DNA of 64,000 nt from a virus. Both the position numbers and the translations under genes were made by a program. Positions 57,793 to 64,000 of this stretch are shown here, piece after piece. The stretch spans positions 55,537 through 119,536 of the IMG/VR virus record IMGVR_UViG_3300044940_000489, one strand, 5' to 3'. Within the stretch, counting starts at the first letter, position 1; the number at the start of each line of letters is the position of its first letter. The notes under the pieces were generated by a model. That model was not told the DNA's origin and did no database searches. It was given only the letters and a program-made list of their open reading frames with translations.

Positions 57793-58078
57793 GATAGAAC
57801 TAAAAGAAAGCCCATGCCTTTAGGCGTGGGATGAATTTTGAAACAAGGTAATATATAATAAGTTTCTTCAAAGTGATGTATAAATTAGTGACAGAGAACC
57901 AAATCACTAATTTATGCATTGAAGACAAAAGTCTTCAATATAATGAAGAATGTTGTATTAAAACAGAAACTTGGAGGAGAGGTCAGCCCTCCAAGTATAA
58001 ATAAAGCCTGTGGAGCGATCAACGGTAGTTGGAGCTATGAAGCAGGAACCCCATGACTTTAGTCGTGGGAGCTGTCAG
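57793..58078 (+). mobile_element. Non-autonomous IS200/IS605 element 2 (286 bp; tnpB deleted, omegaRNA-like right end kept)
   Basis: Same termini as element 1; internal YKLVTENQITNLCIED resembles TnpB RuvC-II; the last ~110 bp are nearly identical to element 1. Confidence 0.9.
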
Positions 58079-58084
58079 AGGGCT

Positions 58085-58972
58085 ATGTTTAATTTTAATA
58101 CGCCAGCAGCACTAAAGAAATTCCTGCGCAGAATAACATATATAAATACAGTGCTTTTCATAGTAGCCTCTATAATGATTCTTATGGCGCTTACTATGAA
58201 AACAGCTCATGGCGATGTCTGGCAGCACCGCCACTCTCCGCCTAAGCTCAGGCCAACTAAGGGGTCCATCACAGTAATGGTTGTTGATACTGGCGTAACG
58301 CCTAATAACCCCGTCATATCTCCATACTTGGTTAAGCCCGTTCAAATTCAAGATGTAGACACGCATGGCCATGGAACTCATGTAACGTCCCTAATTGTCG
58401 GGGGAGCCGGTACCATGAGAAAGGACGGGGAAGTTCATTTTAGTTCTTTGGTCTGCCCAGAAGTTCGCGTTATAGCCTGCAAATTTTATGATCCTAAAGC
58501 TATTACGAAAATTAATTTAGACAACAGCATTGCGTGTTTCCAGAAGGCTTTGGAGCTTAATGTAGATATAGTTAACTACTCGGCTGGCGGACCGGATTCC
58601 CTAGAGGAAGAGAGACTGGCTATAGAAAAGCTTCAGGAGAATGACATAATATTGGTAACTGCAGCGGGAAACGAGGGGTCAGATCTTAAAATATATCCAT
58701 ATTACCCAGCTAATTATCAATTAAAAAATATGGTAATAGTTGGGGCCTTGGGCCTCCCACCTAACAAGTTTAATGCGTATCAAAGATTTAAAAGCTCTAA
58801 TTTCGGAATATTTGGAATGTATTGGGAAATAGGCGAAGCAGTTTTGGGGTATAACCACTTGAACAAGCCGCAGTACATGACCGGAACATCTCAGGCCACC
58901 GCTTTAGCCACTAACCGCATACTAAGGCAAAGATGCGAGGAAATGAAACAGAAAGACAAAAAGGAGAAATAA
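58085..58972 (+). CDS. S8 subtilase with N-terminal TM/signal
   Basis: VVDTG, HGHGTHV, AAGN and GTSQAT. The ORF-track start (58010) lies inside element 2, so the start is re-called to MFNF. Confidence 0.9.
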   Translation: MFNFNTPAALKKFLRRITYINTVLFIVASIMILMALTMKTAHGDVWQHRHSPPKLRPTKGSITVMVVDTGVTPNNPVISPYLVKPVQIQDVDTHGHGTHVTSLIVGGAGTMRKDGEVHFSSLVCPEVRVIACKFYDPKAITKINLDNSIACFQKALELNVDIVNYSAGGPDSLEEERLAIEKLQENDIILVTAAGNEGSDLKIYPYYPANYQLKNMVIVGALGLPPNKFNAYQRFKSSNFGIFGMYWEIGEAVLGYNHLNKPQYMTGTSQATALATNRILRQRCEEMKQKDKKEK

Positions 58973-58973
58973 A

Positions 58974-59285
58974 GTGAACTACTTCGATAATGATATGCTA
59001 GCCGGTTTGGTTGTGGCCGCTTCTGCAGCCTTATTATTGGGCAAATGGATGCTTTTGGGGACCTTTATGAGGGAGATCCGAAGTCTCCGTTTTCTTAATG
59101 ATTCAGCCACGATGTCCGCATCATTAAGAATGGATGATATTGATACGGAGATTGACAAATTGAAGGCAGACATTGTATTATTAAAAAATCAACAAAGGAG
59201 CAATAATGAGTCATCCGGCGCACAATCCAAGTCAAAGCCTAGAGCATCTGGCTCTGGAAATCGCAAAAGCAAAAGCAGAAATTGA
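58974..59285 (+). CDS. TM plus coiled-coil hypothetical protein
   Basis: AAGGAG RBS with GTG start. Confidence 0.55.
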   Translation: MNYFDNDMLAGLVVAASAALLLGKWMLLGTFMREIRSLRFLNDSATMSASLRMDDIDTEIDKLKADIVLLKNQQRSNNESSGAQSKSKPRASGSGNRKSKSRN

Positions 59286-59571
59286 TTCTATGCGGCCTCT
59301 GTATGAAAAGCTTGACGCCCTCACGCTACAGTTTCGAGAGCTGGCTGGCGAGCAAGAAGTGTTAGTTCCGGACACCATAGTAGACTTGCCGGGGAGACCC
59401 TCTATCTCGGTTCCGGCACAGTTCATTAAAGTAGTAGATAATTTTATGGACAAAAATGTAGTTTTCCGTCCAGCCGCAGTTAGAAGATTTGAAGTGAATA
59501 CGGAGACCGAGATTCAACGCAAACTAAAAGTAGCAAAAGCTGCAAAAAAGCTAGAAAATGCTAAGATCTGA
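59206..59571 (+). CDS. Hypothetical protein
   Basis: AAGGAG RBS. Confidence 0.6.
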   Translation: MSHPAHNPSQSLEHLALEIAKAKAEIDSMRPLYEKLDALTLQFRELAGEQEVLVPDTIVDLPGRPSISVPAQFIKVVDNFMDKNVVFRPAAVRRFEVNTETEIQRKLKVAKAAKKLENAKI

Positions 59572-59923
59572 CGCCGAATATTTTATGAATAATTGGGACA
59601 AAAATGTCTCAAAGGTTTTTAGATGGCGGCGTCCCTTTGTGCCAGACGAGTATTTAGCTTTTTTTATAGATGAAAAAAATAGGTATAAGGTTAACGAATC
59701 GGTTTCAACTAAAACCATGAAGAGCCTTGATAAAAACGAAATGATTACATTGCTGGTAAGTGAAGAGCTGTATTTCATGAAAAATTATGATTTCTATTGC
59801 AATCTTTTGGAAATGAAAACTGGTGGATGCACATGTGGTGCATGGGCTCTTCCAGGATATGAAAATCTGCATAACAATCAATGCAATTTAAGATATAAAA
59901 ACTTAACGGAGGTGAAGAAATGA
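59558..59923 (+). CDS. Hypothetical protein with CTCG...H...C cluster
   Basis: Possible metal-binding tail. Confidence 0.55.
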   Translation: MLRSDAEYFMNNWDKNVSKVFRWRRPFVPDEYLAFFIDEKNRYKVNESVSTKTMKSLDKNEMITLLVSEELYFMKNYDFYCNLLEMKTGGCTCGAWALPGYENLHNNQCNLRYKNLTEVKK

Positions 59924-60345
59924 AAGCCATAGTTTGGGTTGGCCTCAATCCTTCGCCCAAGAACACGACTCCAGAGACTGCTTTTGTAGGGTCTCCTAGC
60001 GGCAAAAACTTGGCCAAGTGGCAAGTTGAAGTAGACAAAAAAGTAAAAAGCCCCCTGCATCATAAAATGTATAATCTTTGTACAGTCGTCAGTTCTAGTG
60101 AGCGAGCTATTTCGCAAGAAATGGCAGACGTAGGGGCGATTGCCAGGATTTTGAAGCATTACAGAAATAATGACACAATCGTTGCGCTCGGCAATAAGGC
60201 CTCTAAGATACTCTTGGCAAACAATATCCCACACATTAAAATGCCTCATCCAAGTCCCGCAAATAGGCAGCTAAACAACCATGTTTTTATAAAAAATAAA
60301 CTAAAATATTTAAAAAATAATATTATGGGGAGTAAATTAAAATGA
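59920..60345 (+). CDS. Uracil-DNA glycosylase-like fold protein
   Basis: VWVGLNPS, F.G.PSG..L, IVALG..A and MPHPSPAN. Confidence 0.75.
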   Translation: MKAIVWVGLNPSPKNTTPETAFVGSPSGKNLAKWQVEVDKKVKSPLHHKMYNLCTVVSSSERAISQEMADVGAIARILKHYRNNDTIVALGNKASKILLANNIPHIKMPHPSPANRQLNNHVFIKNKLKYLKNNIMGSKLK

Positions 60346-60578
60346 AAAGATACAGAGTAATATGGAGTGTACAGACTAACGAATTCGTTGTACCAGAATT
60401 AATGGCTAAGCCCATCGGAAGCAACGAGGCATCCTTTGTTGATTTCGATGATCTGGATGAGGCGAGAGCCTTCCAAAAGGGTATCCGTGCGCTCTCCGAT
60501 AGATATGGCCAGATATATGGCATGTCTAAATTTATAGTAAACAATGGCCCATTGATAATTGATAGATTAGGCGAATAA
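60342..60578 (+). CDS. Hypothetical protein
   Basis: Coupled ORF. Confidence 0.5.
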   Translation: MKRYRVIWSVQTNEFVVPELMAKPIGSNEASFVDFDDLDEARAFQKGIRALSDRYGQIYGMSKFIVNNGPLIIDRLGE

Positions 60579-60599
60579 ACCTAGATCGGTAAATACAAA

Positions 60600-61064
60600 A
60601 TGAGATTGCCGCTGGTTTTGCATCCTGATCCAAGACTTTTAATAAAAAGTACGCCAATTGAGGCGGCCAAGATTGCGCATGAAGTGGCGTTTGTCAGAGA
60701 TTTGGTAGAAACGATGATTTATGAGGGGGGCATTGGCATATCGGCCCCTCAAGTTGGACGAAATGTACAAATAATAGCTATATCTACGATTCAATCGGAC
60801 CCCAAGCACGGGATTCCAGCAACGGTAATGTTTAACCCAGAAATCACTTATTGCTCTGATAAAAAGAGCGTTTTCGATGAAGGATGCCTGTCATTTCCTG
60901 GGGAGTCCTGCCAAGTCACAAGAAGTTCATTAATACGCGTTAAATTTTTTGACTCGAATGGCAATTTGAGACATAATACATATGTAGGCATCACCGCTAT
61001 CTGTATTCAGCACGAGATCGACCATTTGCAAGGCATAACCATGAAAATGCGATCTAATAAATAA
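60600..61064 (+). CDS. def: Peptide deformylase
   Basis: GIGISAPQVG, EGCLS and QHEIDH. Confidence 0.95.
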   Translation: MRLPLVLHPDPRLLIKSTPIEAAKIAHEVAFVRDLVETMIYEGGIGISAPQVGRNVQIIAISTIQSDPKHGIPATVMFNPEITYCSDKKSVFDEGCLSFPGESCQVTRSSLIRVKFFDSNGNLRHNTYVGITAICIQHEIDHLQGITMKMRSNK

Positions 61065-61079
61065 TAGAAAGGACATGAT

Positions 61080-61472
61080 ATGTCTGACCAAACATCCGCT
61101 AAACGATCTGAGATTCTAACGCCAGTAGCTGGATTGTCCGTTTGGGAACTGACCCCAGATATGAAGCAGACACTGAGCGACCTGTCTAAAGAAGTATTTG
61201 GCAACAGCAGAGCCTGGGAAAAACTAATCAAAAAGGGCGAGCTGATCCAGGATACTGAAAATAAAAAAGCAAAGCGATGGGTTCCGCTAACCTTGGAAGA
61301 AGTCGCCACTAGGATGTTTATTATTAAAGAGCAAAGAGACTTGGAAGCCAAAATGGCGTCGGAGTCAGAAAAACAAGGAGAATCGAATGCTCAATCTAAT
61401 CAAGAAGTCGGCAGCAGCGCTGGCGATGATGGCACTGCTAGTTCCACAGTTGAGTCGGGCTCAGCTGACTGA
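61080..61472 (+). CDS. Hypothetical protein
   Basis: AAGGA RBS. Confidence 0.55.
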   Translation: MSDQTSAKRSEILTPVAGLSVWELTPDMKQTLSDLSKEVFGNSRAWEKLIKKGELIQDTENKKAKRWVPLTLEEVATRMFIIKEQRDLEAKMASESEKQGESNAQSNQEVGSSAGDDGTASSTVESGSAD

Positions 61473-61815
61473 AATTACTAATGCCAACGCAGAATCAATA
61501 CTAAAGCAGTCCAAGACTCTGGTACTGGTCTTGTTTTATGCCGATTTCTGCGGCTACTGCAAACAACTCGAAGCAGAACTGGTAAAGAGGCAGCCGCAGC
61601 TTAGCGGTAAGCTTCTGCTCGCAAAAGTAGATATCGTTTCCAATGGTATTGGGCTGCCAGCCGTACCCGTACTAGTTCTTTTTGATGGCGGATCGGCGGT
61701 TGATTCAGTAGTCGGGTTTAACCTTGAAGAAACGGATCGCCTGATTGCGCTGGCCACTAAAAGAGGAACAATTCCGCTTAGGCCTTCGCCAAACGCCAAA
61801 GAGGCAAGAAAATAG
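61387..61815 (+). CDS. Thioredoxin with signal peptide
   Basis: FYADFCGYC, AVP; N-terminal signal ending SRA. Confidence 0.8.
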   Translation: MLNLIKKSAAALAMMALLVPQLSRAQLTEITNANAESILKQSKTLVLVLFYADFCGYCKQLEAELVKRQPQLSGKLLLAKVDIVSNGIGLPAVPVLVLFDGGSAVDSVVGFNLEETDRLIALATKRGTIPLRPSPNAKEARK

Positions 61816-61818
61816 TAT

Positions 61819-62022
61819 ATGTGCATCATCTGCGTCGAGTTAGACAAGGAACGCATGACTAAAAACGAGGCCCTTCGCGCCATAGGAGAGCTATCTATGT
61901 CAGATAAGAATGACACAGAGCATTTGGAAGAGCTAAAGTCTTCACTAGAAGGCGCCCCTGAGCTTCCTCAGGGGTCTGGCGAGCTTTATGATAAGCTGCG
62001 GGCGGTTTGGCGAGGAATGTAG
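61819..62022 (+). CDS. Hypothetical protein (MCIIC)
   Basis: Co-oriented ORF. Confidence 0.5.
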   Translation: MCIICVELDKERMTKNEALRAIGELSMSDKNDTEHLEELKSSLEGAPELPQGSGELYDKLRAVWRGM

Positions 62023-62030
62023 GTGGGGCC

Positions 62031-63035
62031 ATGTTTGACTTTGGATTTGGGGACTCTCCTGGCATAAGGTCACTGCTTAAGTCAATTCGCGGCAGTGGAA
62101 GAGTAGAGCTGGAAATTTCAGATCTATATTATCAACATAAAACTGGCAACGCACTGCTAGTCACTCATTTAAAAACACTGATTAGCAGATTTGCTGGTAA
62201 ATGCTATGACCACGTATTCGTTACCGCAGGTGCAGAGCACGCCATAAATACTTTGCTTAGAGCCCTTCGGCCAACGCTAACTAAAATAAAAAACACTAAT
62301 TTAACTGCTATCTCTTTTGAGTCCCCCTATTTCAGTCACTACGCCGATATGGCCGAAAGAGCCGGATATTTTCGCATAAGTGGCAGCTTGCCGGGCCTTG
62401 ATTACATTCGCCTTATTGATTCCCCATCTAACCCAGAGGGCAAAATCAGAGCCGATGATGGATCGGCCAGCACTATGGCCAAATATGTAATTTGGGATGG
62501 GGTTTATCATAATGACATTTACTGTAAAAACTTATATTTTAAGCCAGCTCATGATTTTTATGTAGGAAGCATTGGCAAGATGCTGGGCATACCTGGCATT
62601 CGATTGGGTTGGATTGCTTTCGATAATACTGTCAATAAAATCACTAAAAAGCCTGCGGACATTGCAATAGCCCACGAGATCTACTCTGAAACTTTAGGAG
62701 TTAGCGGAGCCTCCCAGATTGCTGCTATAAAAATTATTTCTGAGACGAACATGGATTGCTTCTTTAAGAACGCGGCCTCAACTGTGGACTCCAATAGAGA
62801 GCTTATGACGGGTCTGGAATATCTATCCGGGACAAAAGTTCCGGATAATGGGATGTTCTTTTATATGCAAACAGATAGCTCAATACGTGAGCTTTTTGAC
62901 AGGGTTGGGGTCACTTACATACCGGGCGAACAAATAGGAAGTACTGAGGATTTTATTAGGCTAAATTTGGCTCAAACAAATGATCTTACAAAGAAAATGG
63001 TAATGGCCATTAGATCGGCGGATCGTAAATGCTAA
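62031..63035 (+). CDS. PLP-dependent class I/II aminotransferase-like protein
   Basis: TAGA, SPSNPEG, WDGVY and SIGKMLGIPGIRLGW; start re-called to MFDF. Confidence 0.85.
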   Translation: MFDFGFGDSPGIRSLLKSIRGSGRVELEISDLYYQHKTGNALLVTHLKTLISRFAGKCYDHVFVTAGAEHAINTLLRALRPTLTKIKNTNLTAISFESPYFSHYADMAERAGYFRISGSLPGLDYIRLIDSPSNPEGKIRADDGSASTMAKYVIWDGVYHNDIYCKNLYFKPAHDFYVGSIGKMLGIPGIRLGWIAFDNTVNKITKKPADIAIAHEIYSETLGVSGASQIAAIKIISETNMDCFFKNAASTVDSNRELMTGLEYLSGTKVPDNGMFFYMQTDSSIRELFDRVGVTYIPGEQIGSTEDFIRLNLAQTNDLTKKMVMAIRSADRKC

Positions 63036-63358
63036 CTAGACTATCAATGATGGTAATCTTTTTTGTGACAGTATTAATTTTAGCGCTTAATATTCTTATG
63101 GTTACGCATTTAACTACAAAAACCGTCTACGATATGGACCATATAAGAGCGCAGCACGAAGAAGATATACGGAGCACAATAATGACATCTTGCATATACG
63201 GAACCAAATACAAACCAGAAGTAGCTGCCCCAAGCAAATATTGGGACGAAAATAGCAACGTATACTACTGCAATGAATTTATGAAACGGCAGATGGAAAA
63301 TAATTACCCAGCCATGGTCATGAGACTGGGGCAGGGCAGAAAGAGAGACAGGAAATGA
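63029..63358 (+). CDS. Membrane-anchored hypothetical protein
   Basis: N-terminal TM helix. Confidence 0.55.
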   Translation: MLTRLSMMVIFFVTVLILALNILMVTHLTTKTVYDMDHIRAQHEEDIRSTIMTSCIYGTKYKPEVAAPSKYWDENSNVYYCNEFMKRQMENNYPAMVMRLGQGRKRDRK

Positions 63359-63618
63359 TTGCACCAAAAGTTATTTTTAAGCTCATCCTGGTATGCGCAG
63401 AGCCTCATGTCGAAAATCTGACTAACGTGTGGACTCCACAGGATGAGCTGGAATTTGGCAAGGCAAAAATCGAGTGCTCGGTTCTAGCGGATACCCCATG
63501 TTTAGGGGTCTTCACCAAGACTTTGGACGGCAAGTACGACAAAACCTGCATTAAAAAAAGCCTATTTCAGTACGAATCATACGAAGTGCAGGAATTGCCC
63601 CCTGGATTTAAGAATTGA
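63355..63618 (+). CDS. Cys-containing hypothetical protein
   Basis: ATGA-coupled. Confidence 0.5.
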   Translation: MIAPKVIFKLILVCAEPHVENLTNVWTPQDELEFGKAKIECSVLADTPCLGVFTKTLDGKYDKTCIKKSLFQYESYEVQELPPGFKN

Positions 63619-63641
63619 TGATTAAGATCAATCTAATTTAT

Positions 63642-64000
63642 GATAGAACTAAAAGAAAACCCATGGCTTTAGTCGTGGGATGAATTTTGAAAAAATATAA
63701 TGATATAATAGTGGTGCTAATAAGTTTGGTGTAGTATAATATATATGATTAGATCGTATAAATATAGAATTTATCCAAATAAAGAGCAAGCCCAAAAACT
63801 AGAGCAGTTTTTTGGGACTACACGTTTTATTTATAATTGGGGTTTGGAACAAAAAACCAAACAATATCAACAAGATAAGGCAAATCTATCTTGTTTTGAT
63901 TTAATTAAAAAATTAACAAAACTTAAAAAACAAGAAGAATTTAGATGGTTAAAGGATGTTTATTCACAAAGTTTGCAAGCATCTTTGAGAAATTTGGATA
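63642..64000 (+). mobile_element. IS1341-type (tnpB-first) IS200/IS605 element 3, truncated by the window edge
   Basis: TTAT|GATAGAAC left end and CCCATGGC-TTTA-GTCGTGGG hairpin; shares TAATAAGTTTGGTGTAGTATAATATATA with element 1; no tnpA between the left end and tnpB. Confidence 0.9.
63745..64000 (+). CDS. tnpB: TnpB RNA-guided nuclease, N-terminal part
   Basis: Not in the ORF track. Hand-translated MIRSYKYRIYPNKEQAQKLEQFFGTTRFIYNWGL...LTKLKKQEEFRWLKDVYSQSLQASLRNLD. Confidence 0.92.
   Translation, partial: MIRSYKYRIYPNKEQAQKLEQFFGTTRFIYNWGLEQKTKQYQQDKANLSCFDLIKKLTKLKKQEEFRWLKDVYSQSLQASLRNLD

Noticed and set aside
58010-58084. N-terminal extension of the subtilase ORF (and of the 56606 ORF)
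   Set aside because: These upstream starts fall within or at the edge of the mobile-element right end; better starts are at 58085 and 56630.
1-64000. Stop-codon reassignment and tRNA genes
   Set aside because: Genes are full length in the standard code and use TAA, TAG and TGA stops. No cloverleaf was seen by eye in intergenic gaps; tRNAscan was not run.

Overview
The window is part of a large tailed dsDNA phage genome (standard genetic code; host not determinable from sequence). About 1-33.5 kb is mostly minus-strand. It holds terminase, portal, a MuF-like head protein with an intein, prohead protease, scaffold, major capsid and neck genes, followed by large His-rich proteins that look like capsid-packaged enzyme cargo (two ADP-ribosyltransferase-like proteins, a GNAT module, a SAM-lyase-like protein), plus a sigma factor, SF2 helicase, GroES and SbcD. 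About 33.7-64 kb is plus-strand: GroEL carrying a class-3 intein, SbcC, RuvC, a T5-A1-like phosphoesterase, DnaE, SSB, RecA, primase, DnaB, AAA+/ClpP, subtilase, peptide deformylase, thioredoxin and an aminotransferase. The two most unusual signals are largely absent from the ORF track. (1) One IS200/IS605 family is present as four elements: a tnpB-bearing copy running off the right edge, two ~280-bp tnpB-deleted copies that keep the omegaRNA-like right end with different putative guides, and a 45-bp single-hairpin copy. All follow TTAT, and three sit exactly after the -10 hexamer of a sigma70-type promoter. (2) An array of six overlapping mini-genes made of Q-L-x-x repeats (12501-13555) is joined by a conserved ~37-bp junction and followed by a candidate small RNA and a free-standing endonuclease. 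A candidate late-promoter motif and a copy of the capsid N-terminal arm inside the protease were also seen. All family calls come from motif recognition by eye, not database searches.
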